Shown here: piece by piece, positions 8,664 to 17,404 of the stretch
Layout of the letters: each line of letters opens with the position of its first letter
Numbering within the stretch: the first letter of the stretch is position 1
Assembly (NCBI GenBank): GCA_048938025.1
Contig: JBHLMP010000042.1
Span: 1 to 32,485, forward strand
DNA from: Promethearchaeota archaeon
GTDB lineage: Archaea; Asgardarchaeota; Lokiarchaeia; Sigyniarchaeales; SOKP01
Length of the DNA stretch: 32,485 nucleotides
Reading direction: 5' to 3'
Position numbers and translations under genes: made by a program
The notes under the pieces: generated by a model
The model's input: the letters and a program-made list of their open reading frames with translations, nothing else
Told to the model about the DNA's origin: nothing
Database searches by the model: none

Positions 8664-10049
8664 TTGTTAGAAAAAGAGGATGTAACTTACCTATTTGCTG
8701 AAAATGATAATAGAGAACTAGAAAAGTTTGTAGGAATTGAAGCTTATGCTACTTCTAGTATAGATGGTATTGGTGGAGAATATAAAAAAACATACAAGGA
8801 TTTTATTGTACAAGAAATAACTAATAATGGAAAAATTCTTAAAATAAATGAAGGTAAGAAGAGTTTCTCTTTTTCAGAAGAATCGAATAATAAATATACT
8901 ACATTTAATTTAATTAAATTTAATAAGGATACATTTGAAGCTATAAGAGAAATTAGTAATACCTTAAAGATCCCTTCAGAATTAATCCAATATTCTGGAT
9001 TAAAAGATAAATGTTCTATTAGTTCTCAAAAAGTTTCCATAAAAGGAGATTATTTGGAAAAACTAAGAAATTTAAAATTGAATGATTTATATATCAGAGA
9101 CATAACTTCTTCTAAAAAATCTGTTAAATTGGGAAGTCATTGGGGTAATTATTTTACTATAATAATTAGAAATATCGAAAGCAAGGAAAATTTAGAAACC
9201 AAGATAAAAGAAATATTAAATTTCTTAATTAAATATGGATTTCCTAATTATTTTGGTCTCCAGAGATTTGGTACTTTTAGACCGAATTCTCACTTAATTG
9301 GTCGATATCTATTAGAAAATGATTATAAAAACGCTTTTAATGAATTTATAACGTCAACTTATTCTACAGAATCTCAGGAATCAATAAAAGTAAGAAAAAA
9401 CCTGGAGAAAAACAAAAATTATGAAAATGCATATATAAATTTTCCACATAGTCTATTCTATGAAAGAAAAATGATAAAGTATTTAATAGAGAACCCTGGA
9501 GATTATAAAGGGTGTATCTCAACTTTATCTTTTGGTTTAAAGAGATTGTTAATAAGTTCTTTCCAATCTTATCTATTTAATAAGATGATTTCTTTAAGAT
9601 ATCAGAAAGGTTTCTCTTTATTTGAACCTTTAAAAGGTGATGTTATTAGCATACTTGATGATGATAATGGTAATGTAACTCAAGTTAATTATATATATGG
9701 TGGAGATTATGATGATTATCTAAAACAGGCACTGAATGTCAATCGAGCGTCAATAATTGCTCCAATTATTGGTTATGATACTGATATGAACAAATTTCCA
9801 CTAATGAAAACTTTTTATGATGTAATTTTAGAACAAGAAAACATAAAGCAAAATATTTTTAAACAAAAACTTTTAGAAACTTTCGAATTTAGAGGATCTA
9901 CTAGAGCGATGATGATTAAACCAATCGATCTAAAGCTAGTAGAAATTGCAGAGGATGAATTCTATCAGAATAAGAAAAAAGTAAAAATTGAATTTTCTAT
10001 TCAAAAAGGATCTTATGCTACTATGCTTCTTAGGGAAATTATTAAATAA
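8664..10049 (+). CDS. truD: tRNA pseudouridine(13) synthase TruD
   Basis: DFIVQEI, GLKDK (catalytic Asp), GNYF, PNYFGLQRFG and GSYATMLLRE motifs. Confidence 0.95.
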   Translation: MLEKEDVTYLFAENDNRELEKFVGIEAYATSSIDGIGGEYKKTYKDFIVQEITNNGKILKINEGKKSFSFSEESNNKYTTFNLIKFNKDTFEAIREISNTLKIPSELIQYSGLKDKCSISSQKVSIKGDYLEKLRNLKLNDLYIRDITSSKKSVKLGSHWGNYFTIIIRNIESKENLETKIKEILNFLIKYGFPNYFGLQRFGTFRPNSHLIGRYLLENDYKNAFNEFITSTYSTESQESIKVRKNLEKNKNYENAYINFPHSLFYERKMIKYLIENPGDYKGCISTLSFGLKRLLISSFQSYLFNKMISLRYQKGFSLFEPLKGDVISILDDDNGNVTQVNYIYGGDYDDYLKQALNVNRASIIAPIIGYDTDMNKFPLMKTFYDVILEQENIKQNIFKQKLLETFEFRGSTRAMMIKPIDLKLVEIAEDEFYQNKKKVKIEFSIQKGSYATMLLREIIK

Positions 10050-10086
10050 TTCCATCGATTAAGAGAAAATATTTAAAAAAAGTCAA

Positions 10087-11652
10087 TTAAAGGGCAAAAT
10101 TGTATTTTTGGACAGTTTCTATACCAAGAATATCAACAACTTTTATTAAAACCTTATAGGATTTATTTTTAGAAAAATTATAGGGTGTTGAGATTAATTT
10201 TAAATCTCTATTTTTAGGAGTTCTATAAGAGACCCACATAACATTGAAAATATCACTCTTATTATCAAAATCTATAGCCCAATAATCAATCCAATCTGTC
10301 CATTTTTTAATATTTTTTTTAAGATTATCAGAAATTAAATTTTCATATGGAAAAGAATAATCAATCAATTTACAAAATACTATATTTTCTTTTTTTTCAA
10401 TTTTTACATTAAAACTAGGTTTTTCGAAAGCATTTAAATTAATTTCTTGGTCAACACCTTTCGCCAAGAATTCTTTAGGAATTGATTGTTCTTTTTCGGG
10501 TTCATTAATTTGTAGAATCTTAAATGGACCAATATCTTTTCCATAAATATTTTTCCAATTGAACATATCATTACTATTATAAATATCGAGCAATCTTTTC
10601 TTTGATATATGAATGGCGTGCATAGCAATATCGCAACCAATCCAACATCTATCAAGTTTTTCTGCAACTGCTAAAGTTGTACCTGAACCACAAAAAAAAT
10701 CTGCAATAAGATCATTCTTATTTGTAGACGCTAATATAATCCTTTTTAATAGGCGTTCTGGTTTTTGGGTGGAAAAACCTTGATATTCTATGGTATTTGC
10801 TCTTACATAGGGAATATCATTCCATACATCTCGTGGAAATATTCCTTTTTCTTTAAGATACACTTTCTGTGATAATTTCTTACCATTATGGCTTCCACCC
10901 CGATAATAGTAAGTCCCTTTATCATCTTTCTTTAATGCTTTTTTGACTCGATCTGAATATTCCATATAAATATTAGGATCATCATTAAAGGTGTAATCAT
11001 TTGATTTAGTATAAAATAATAGAATATCAAAAGAACGTATATAGAATCGTCTAGTTTGGACAGAAGCGGCAGGATATGCCCATATTATTTCATTTCTAAA
11101 ATTATCAACTCCAAAAATTTCATCCATAAGAATCTTTATATAATGGCCCATATGCCAATCAAGATGTACGTAGATGCTTCCTTCTTGACTTAGAAGTTCT
11201 TTCATAAGCAATAACCTTTCATACATAAAATTAAGATATGATTCAAAACCTTCTTTCCAAGTATCACTATAAGCAGTTTTTCTTAACCATTTACTCGAAC
11301 TTTTAGACGTTTCACTTTCACCTATTTGTATTATATAATTAAAATCTCCGCCAGTAGCAAAAGGTGGATCAAAGTAAATTAGGTTAATTTTTTCTCTAAA
11401 TTTTAGTATTAAAAATTTCATTACTACATAATTATCTCCCCAATAAAGTTGGTTTTCCCAACTTTGCTCTTTTTTAAGATTTCTTAATTCTTTTTTACCA
11501 TTTTGATAAATTAAATTAGAATCACGCTCAATATTTTCATTTATAGGAGATAATATTGATTCAATTATTTTAGACTCGTACTTTTTTTCATGCTCCAATG
11601 ATTTCAGAAATTCACTAGCTTTTCTTTTGCCTTCCCAATTAAATTTTACCAT
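10087..11652 (-). CDS. Beta-class amino (probably N6-adenine) DNA methyltransferase, Type III Mod-like
   Basis: DPPF precedes TQKPE and DFFCGSGTT; Mod-like C-terminal IDYWAIDF...KVVDILG. Confidence 0.9.
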   Translation of the reverse strand: MVKFNWEGKRKASEFLKSLEHEKKYESKIIESILSPINENIERDSNLIYQNGKKELRNLKKEQSWENQLYWGDNYVVMKFLILKFREKINLIYFDPPFATGGDFNYIIQIGESETSKSSSKWLRKTAYSDTWKEGFESYLNFMYERLLLMKELLSQEGSIYVHLDWHMGHYIKILMDEIFGVDNFRNEIIWAYPAASVQTRRFYIRSFDILLFYTKSNDYTFNDDPNIYMEYSDRVKKALKKDDKGTYYYRGGSHNGKKLSQKVYLKEKGIFPRDVWNDIPYVRANTIEYQGFSTQKPERLLKRIILASTNKNDLIADFFCGSGTTLAVAEKLDRCWIGCDIAMHAIHISKKRLLDIYNSNDMFNWKNIYGKDIGPFKILQINEPEKEQSIPKEFLAKGVDQEINLNAFEKPSFNVKIEKKENIVFCKLIDYSFPYENLISDNLKKNIKKWTDWIDYWAIDFDNKSDIFNVMWVSYRTPKNRDLKLISTPYNFSKNKSYKVLIKVVDILGIETVQKYNFAL

Positions 11653-11740
11653 ATTACCACTTAATAAGATGGCAAAAATTTAATTTTTATTTAACTTTTT
11701 GCAAAATTAATTATAAAAAATTACAAATGGTTACAGAATA

Positions 11741-13060
11741 ATGCTGGATGAGTTGGGTGATTGGAGAAAAACACATTATACTAAAGACGTCTCTCCTAAA
11801 TTAGATGACCAAGAAGTTATATTAGGTGGATGGGTTAGAAATTATAGAGATTTGGGTGGTTTAAAGTTTATAAACCTTCAGGATAAGTACGGAGAACGAC
11901 AAATTACTTTAAAAAAAGGTGATATTTCCGATGATTTGTTTGAAAAAGCTAAGCTTGGATATCAATATTGTATTATGGTTAAAGGTATAGTCAAAACGTT
12001 CAAAAAAGCTCCAGGAGGAATAGAGATAATCCCCTCAGATATTAAAATCCTAAATAAAACCCCTGAAAAACTTCCTATTGATATGACAGGAGAAACTATA
12101 TCTGAATTAGATTTGAGATTAAATAATCGACCTTTAGATTTAAGATCACAGAGAAATCAAGCAATTTTTGATATTAGAGGTCAAGTGTTAAATTCTATTA
12201 GAAAATTTCTAACTGAGAGAGATTTCACCGAAATAACGACTCCAAAAATAATTGGTTCTGCCACAGAAGGAGGTACAGAATTATTTCCGATAATGTATTT
12301 TGATAAAGAAGCTTTTTTAACACAATCAGCTCAACTTTACAAAGAACAACTTAGTGGTGTTTACGAACGGGTTTATGAAATTAGCCCAGCTTTCAGGGCA
12401 GAGAAAAGTCGTACCAGGCGACATGTGTGTGAAATTTTTACTTTAGATGTTGAGATGGCGTTTTCAAATATGTATGATGTTCTTAAAGTATTAGAAGAAC
12501 TAGTTCATAAAGTTATTATGGATATAAGAGAAAATCAAATTACCGCATTAAAATTTCTAAATATGGAGAATAAAACCGTTATTCCTGAAATCCCTTTTCC
12601 CAGATATAAATATGATGAGATCCTTGAACTAATAGAAAATAAATTTAATCTAAATATAGAATGGGGTGAAGATATATCAACCGAAGCTTATCGTAAATTA
12701 GGGGATGAAATAACAGAATATTATTATATTACTCACTGGCCAATGATAATAAAGCCATTTTATATTATGCCTTCTAAAAATCCAAAATATAGTGAATCTT
12801 TCGACTTACAAATGGGATGGCTTGAATTAACTTCAGGTGGAACGCGAGTCCATAATAAAGATCACCTTATTGCTGCGCTTGAATCTAAAGGCTTAAATCC
12901 TATATCTTTTAAGTCCCACCTTAAAGCATTTGATTTTGGGATGCCCCCTCATGCTGGATTTGGATTAGGGATAGACCGTTGGATCACTTTTTTATGTGGA
13001 TTAGATGATATTCGGGAATCAATACTTTATCCGCGTACTCCAGATCGCTTAACTCCTTAG
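11741..13060 (+). CDS. aspS: Aspartate-tRNA ligase, archaeal type, probably non-discriminating
   Basis: OB fold with [22 protein letters not shown] and [14 protein letters not shown] motifs; KAPGG loop. Confidence 0.95.
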   Translation: MLDELGDWRKTHYTKDVSPKLDDQEVILGGWVRNYRDLGGLKFINLQDKYGERQITLKKGDISDDLFEKAKLGYQYCIMVKGIVKTFKKAPGGIEIIPSDIKILNKTPEKLPIDMTGETISELDLRLNNRPLDLRSQRNQAIFDIRGQVLNSIRKFLTERDFTEITTPKIIGSATEGGTELFPIMYFDKEAFLTQSAQLYKEQLSGVYERVYEISPAFRAEKSRTRRHVCEIFTLDVEMAFSNMYDVLKVLEELVHKVIMDIRENQITALKFLNMENKTVIPEIPFPRYKYDEILELIENKFNLNIEWGEDISTEAYRKLGDEITEYYYITHWPMIIKPFYIMPSKNPKYSESFDLQMGWLELTSGGTRVHNKDHLIAALESKGLNPISFKSHLKAFDFGMPPHAGFGLGIDRWITFLCGLDDIRESILYPRTPDRLTP

Positions 13061-13103
13061 CTTTTTAAAATCTAAAATAAATAACATTATTAATATTTAA
13101 ATT

Positions 13104-14021
13104 ATGAGTAAAGATTATATTCAAGATTATATTAAGGCTGGAAAAGCAGTAATAGCTGCCAAGAAGTTAGCAAGTAAAATTATTCATCCTGGTGCATTAT
13201 TTTTAGAAATAGCTAATAAATGTGAAGCTGAAATTATAAAAAACGGTGCAAATTTGTCTTTTCCCATTAATATGTCTTTAAATGAGATAGCTGCTCACTA
13301 TAGTCCACCAATTGATGATAATACTATTGTTCCAGAAAAAGGTTTGTTAAAAATTGATTTAGGAGCTCACTTTAATGGTTATATAGCAGATTCTGCTTTT
13401 ACAATTAATATTGATGGAGATCCAAAGCTACAAAATTATATTGATGCGGCAGAAGAAGGCCTTGAAGCTGCAATTGCTCTATTTAAGCCGGGTACAAAAT
13501 TATATGAGTTAGGAGGTGCAATTGAAGAAAAGATTAAAAGTTATGGTTTAAAACCAATTAGAAATCTTGGCGGTCATGAATTAAAGCAATATAATCTCCA
13601 TGCAGGCCCATTTATACCAAATTATTTGGAAAAAAGGCATAACAATATATTAAAATCTGGAGATGCATTTGCATGTGAACCATTTGCAACTTCAGGACAA
13701 GGATTAGTTGAAAATGGAGATCATGCCTATATATATCGATTTGTTAAAAAAGTAAAGAAAAATATACCCTATGAGCTACAAAACTATATGAATAAAATTG
13801 AAAAAAACTTTAGACGACTTCCGTTTTCACCAAGATGGATTGAAAATAACAATTTAATACCTAAGAATAGAATAATGAGAATTATTAACGATTTTATAAG
13901 AAAACAAGTCCTCGATAATTACCCTATTTTAATAGAAAGAACTCGTGAACCTGTAGCTCAACAAGAGCACACAATAGTAATTGATGAGGAAGGGAATACA
14001 ATTGTTACCACTAAAGAATGA
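13104..14021 (+). CDS. map: Type II methionine aminopeptidase
   Basis: AAHY, KIDLGAHFNGYIADSA, GGH, EPF and EHT metal ligands. Confidence 0.95.
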   Translation: MSKDYIQDYIKAGKAVIAAKKLASKIIHPGALFLEIANKCEAEIIKNGANLSFPINMSLNEIAAHYSPPIDDNTIVPEKGLLKIDLGAHFNGYIADSAFTINIDGDPKLQNYIDAAEEGLEAAIALFKPGTKLYELGGAIEEKIKSYGLKPIRNLGGHELKQYNLHAGPFIPNYLEKRHNNILKSGDAFACEPFATSGQGLVENGDHAYIYRFVKKVKKNIPYELQNYMNKIEKNFRRLPFSPRWIENNNLIPKNRIMRIINDFIRKQVLDNYPILIERTREPVAQQEHTIVIDEEGNTIVTTKE

Positions 14022-14907
14022 ACTTCGAAGTAAAATCTCAGTTATTATTTTGTGTGCAGGAGAGGGAACACGCTTCAAGGAAATCACTAAAAATTTACCA
14101 AAACCATTATTAAAAATTAAATCATTAAATAATACTACGATTTTACATCATACAATAAATAATTTTATAAAGCTAGGAATAAACCAAATAGCAGTAATTA
14201 AAGGACATTTAGGATATCAAATTGATGAATTTATTTCTTCACTTCAAAAAATAAAAAAAGATCTAACAGATAAATTATTAATTATTGATTCTGGTTTTGA
14301 TTATAAGTTAGGTCCTTTATATTCATTCTTATCTATGACTAAAAATAACATGATTTTTAAGAAAGATAATCTATTTCTCGTAATTCCTGGAGACACTATA
14401 TTTGAGTTTAACCTTCTAAATGATATAATTATTACACTAATGAATAATTCTAATCTCATTCAAGAATATCCAATACTTTTTTACAGAAAAATAAAAGTTA
14501 GTAATTTAAAAGAAAAACATAACAACGTTATTCAAAATTCCCCTAAATTTATTTCAATTGTCCAAATTGAAAGTAAAAATTCGAAGACCTTTTTAAAAGC
14601 AATTCAACAAGAAGATTTGAGAGTTGTTCAAGATCTAGAAATCATAAAGCAAGTAATACCAATATTCTTATTTAATTTCAAAATAGTGAATAAGTTTTTA
14701 AAATTAAAAGAAAAAATCTCAGCAAACACAATAAGGGAAATTATTACTTATATGATTAATAATGGAGAAAAAATAATTGCCATTGAAATTGATAATAGAT
14801 TTGAATTTTATGATATTGATTCTAAATTGGATTTGTATAATTATAATCTTAAAAAAAAAAAGATGGACAATAGGAACTCAGATTTTACTCAGATTTGTAG
14901 TAAGTAA
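13981..14907 (+). CDS. Sugar-phosphate nucleotidyltransferase-family protein (start uncertain)
   Basis: ILCAGEGTRF...LPKPLL, PGD and DID motifs. Confidence 0.85.
   Translation: MMRKGIQLLPLKNELRSKISVIILCAGEGTRFKEITKNLPKPLLKIKSLNNTTILHHTINNFIKLGINQIAVIKGHLGYQIDEFISSLQKIKKDLTDKLLIIDSGFDYKLGPLYSFLSMTKNNMIFKKDNLFLVIPGDTIFEFNLLNDIIITLMNNSNLIQEYPILFYRKIKVSNLKEKHNNVIQNSPKFISIVQIESKNSKTFLKAIQQEDLRVVQDLEIIKQVIPIFLFNFKIVNKFLKLKEKISANTIREIITYMINNGEKIIAIEIDNRFEFYDIDSKLDLYNYNLKKKKMDNRNSDFTQICSK
14851..14861 (-). terminator. U11 tract directly after the putative ncRNA
   Basis: A11 on the plus strand abutting the 3' arm of the terminal helix. Confidence 0.6.
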
Positions 14908-15323
14908 GGAATTAACGATATTATACCCCTATGAACCAAATCTGTAATCAAAGCTCCTATTCTTTAGCACACATTTTTAATGTTAGACTCTGTTTAAATG
15001 TCTCGTGTTTCAAAAAAAAAAAACCACACTCGAACAAGAACTTTAGGAACAAAGTCTGTGAGTCTCAATTTCCATTAGTGATATAAGCGTAAATCCATTA
15101 AAACTCTTCGCTTAGATGTTTATATTTAGTTCTACTGTATAAGACACTACAGGAACATCATGAAATAACTTTAGAAAAGATACAGAGTATTTATTTACTC
15201 CTTAAGATATCAAATAAAAAAATATTGTCGGAAATAACGATTACATTAGAAATATTGTTACAAATTTGTCGTTATTTGATTTTATCTAACTACTCCAATG
15301 CATTATTAGACCTATTATCCATC
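14862..15323 (-). ncRNA. Putative ~460-nt structured non-coding RNA of unknown family
   Basis: 13-bp terminal helix GAUGGAUAAUAGG/CCUAUUGUCCAUC with one U-G pair. Multiple internal helices, an upstream TATA box, a downstream U11 tract and no long ORF inside. Confidence 0.7.
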
Positions 15324-15347
15324 CAATTAGATATATAACAATTTGAC

Positions 15348-15362
15348 TATTTAAATGTTTTT
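15348..15362 (-). promoter_or_regulatory. BRE/TATA promoter for the putative ncRNA
   Basis: Minus strand reads AAAAACA-TTTAAATA; the TATA box ends ~25 nt before the first paired base (15323). Confidence 0.5.
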
Positions 15363-15469
15363 ATTAAAATTTAAAGACTATTCATCCCTTTAAAGCACAA
15401 TTTTTGAAGTTTAAAACGATTTTCATTTTGAAATAATATATAAATCTATATTTACTTTATTTATAAAAT

Positions 15470-15856
15470 ATGACAGATCAAGGACAAATACCTATAAAAA
15501 TCGAATTATTCGGCATTGGGACATTAGAGGGTCATATTATTCGGCATATAGCACCTCTTTCTGCAGATGCCATAATTAATAAAATGCCAATTATTCTTCG
15601 TGGACGATTTAGCTTTGGCTCTAAAAAATACTGGACATTACCTGGTATAGAAATTTATAAAGGACTAAATTCTAAATCAGTTTCAGAAGTGAAAAAGGGC
15701 GATATTGTATATAATCCTAAAACCGATGAATTAATGATTATTATAGAAGCTTTTGAAATGCCAAATAAGATAAATATAGTAGGAAAAGTTATGAGTAATC
15801 TCGAATTATTATTAAAAGCAAGAAATGGATTAAATACTAAAATTCTTAGAATATAG
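15470..15856 (+). CDS. Cyclophilin-like fold protein
   Basis: RHIAPLSADAIINKMP, VKKGDIVY and NIVGKV pattern of archaeal cyclophilin-like (TM1367-type) proteins. Confidence 0.65.
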   Translation: MTDQGQIPIKIELFGIGTLEGHIIRHIAPLSADAIINKMPIILRGRFSFGSKKYWTLPGIEIYKGLNSKSVSEVKKGDIVYNPKTDELMIIIEAFEMPNKINIVGKVMSNLELLLKARNGLNTKILRI

Positions 15857-15882
15857 ATTAAACAAAATACTCAGGTTTAAAG

Positions 15883-16668
15883 ATGGCTGTTTCGAGAAGA
15901 CTATCAATTATATTTCTACTATTTTATGTTTGTGTTATAATTTACTTATTATTATATTTATTTGTTCCTGATTTTCAAGATGCTATTAATAATTCAAGAC
16001 AAAAATTAGCATATATAACAGAAGGTACAAATTATTTTTGGGCTCTATTTATCTCCTTTATTATTTGTCTTGTTGGAAGTGCTAGTATCGGATTTCCTGT
16101 GCCATTTCCCTTTATACTCTTTTTTTTCTCAAATTCAATCATCACAGAATTTGGGCATAGTGGTTTAATACTAATCTTTGGACTTGGGATAGCTGGTGGG
16201 CTAGGTGCTGCTTTAGGCGAACTTACAAGTTTTTTATTGGGAAGAGGAGCTCAGAAAATTGCTTCAATATCTGAGTCAAAAACTTTAGAAAATGTTCAAG
16301 GGTTTGGTAGATTAGTTTTAGACCATCCAAAAAGTATGTATCTATATATATTCTTAGCAGCAGCTCTTCCAATTCCAGATGATCCGCTATGGATAGCTTT
16401 AGGAATGTCAAAGGAAAAAATAAATTTTTTTAACTGTCTTCTTTTTGGATGGATTGGTAAAAATTTTACAACCTTATTTTATGTTTTTCTTCCTATTTTG
16501 ATTAATTTAGGAATTTCTGCATCTGAAGTCGAACTTAATGATGTTTCAAGCGTTATAACTGAAGCTTTAATGCTTATAGTTACACTTACCATTATGTTTT
16601 TCATTCTGGCATTTGATTGGAATAAGTTTATTGATAAAAGAAGTAAAACAAAAGCTAAAGAACGTTAA
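15883..16668 (+). CDS. DedA/VTT (SNARE-associated) family membrane protein
   Basis: PVP, GAALGELTSFLLGRG and AALPIPDD...ALG...GK motifs. Confidence 0.8.
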   Translation: MAVSRRLSIIFLLFYVCVIIYLLLYLFVPDFQDAINNSRQKLAYITEGTNYFWALFISFIICLVGSASIGFPVPFPFILFFFSNSIITEFGHSGLILIFGLGIAGGLGAALGELTSFLLGRGAQKIASISESKTLENVQGFGRLVLDHPKSMYLYIFLAAALPIPDDPLWIALGMSKEKINFFNCLLFGWIGKNFTTLFYVFLPILINLGISASEVELNDVSSVITEALMLIVTLTIMFFILAFDWNKFIDKRSKTKAKER

Positions 16669-16684
16669 AACAGAAGATTTTAAG

Positions 16685-16858
16685 TTATTGCTGATTATTA
16701 TTTAAACAATTTTTGCATACAAAAACAGTTTTTCTTTTTTTCTTAGAGTTTTCATCGAAATAAATACGTTTATAAATAAAATTCTTACATATCTCACAAA
16801 CTGCTTGAGTACGTGTTTCTTCTAATAACGGACCTAAGTTTTTAAAATTAGTAGTCAT
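16685..16858 (-). CDS. Small C4 zinc-ribbon protein, 57 aa (not in ORF track)
   Basis: MTTNFKNLGPLLEETRTQAVCEICKNFIYKRIYFDENSKKKRKTVFVCKNCLNNNQQ. ATG lies 4 nt after the Alba stop and the ORF fills the gap. Confidence 0.75.
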   Translation of the reverse strand: MTTNFKNLGPLLEETRTQAVCEICKNFIYKRIYFDENSKKKRKTVFVCKNCLNNNQQ

Positions 16859-16862
16859 AGAA

Positions 16863-17189
16863 TTAAATATATGATTTCATTTTAAGCGTAATTTCAATTT
16901 TAGAAATAAGATCTTTTTTGTTTTTATTATTTTCATTTTTTCTTTTGTACTTTCCTCCTTGTTCTTTGTTAAAAAATGGACGGCTCCCTAAAGACACATT
17001 GGCGATTTCTACACTAGGATACATTCTATGCTTAAGAATTTCTGCGACTTCTACAGCTGTACTGATTTCTTCTCCTTCTCCTTTTATCAAAAGGGCTTTT
17101 TTCCCACCCGATAATGCAAAAATCGCATCTTTTATTGTTTTTTCTTTTTCAGCTCTATGCTTTATAACGAGTGTTGTCTCATTTGCCAT
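16863..17189 (-). CDS. Divergent Alba-family nucleic-acid-binding protein
   Basis: IKGEGEEISTAVEVAEILKHR...VSLGS...ISKIEITL follows the Alba pattern KARGxAISxAVDVAE...IGS...SxIEIxL. Confidence 0.8.
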   Translation of the reverse strand: MANETTLVIKHRAEKEKTIKDAIFALSGGKKALLIKGEGEEISTAVEVAEILKHRMYPSVEIANVSLGSRPFFNKEQGGKYKRKNENNKNKKDLISKIEITLKMKSYI

Positions 17190-17404
17190 GATAAAATATC
17201 ATTGGTAAGAATATTTTCTAATTAATTGAAAAGAAGTATAATATATCAATTAATACTCCAAATAATATAAAATTTTGTTAAATTCTTAAACTGATATATG
17301 ATCTCGAAACATTTAAGTTTCAAAATTAGATTTGAAAAATTTCGCAATTTGTCGAATGTTCTTAAAATCTAATTAAGATATTTCAAGAAATTAATTTAAA
17401 TAAA

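Noticed and set aside
14862-15323. RNase P RNA, SRP RNA or canonical C/D sRNA
   Set aside because: No P4 consensus or SRP helix-8 motif found by eye, and too long for an archaeal C/D guide. An Rfam scan is still needed.
14862-15323. MITE bounded by 13-bp inverted repeats
   Set aside because: No target-site duplication or transposase. The strand-specific G-U pairs, TATA spacing and U-tail favour a transcript. Not fully excluded without genome copy number.
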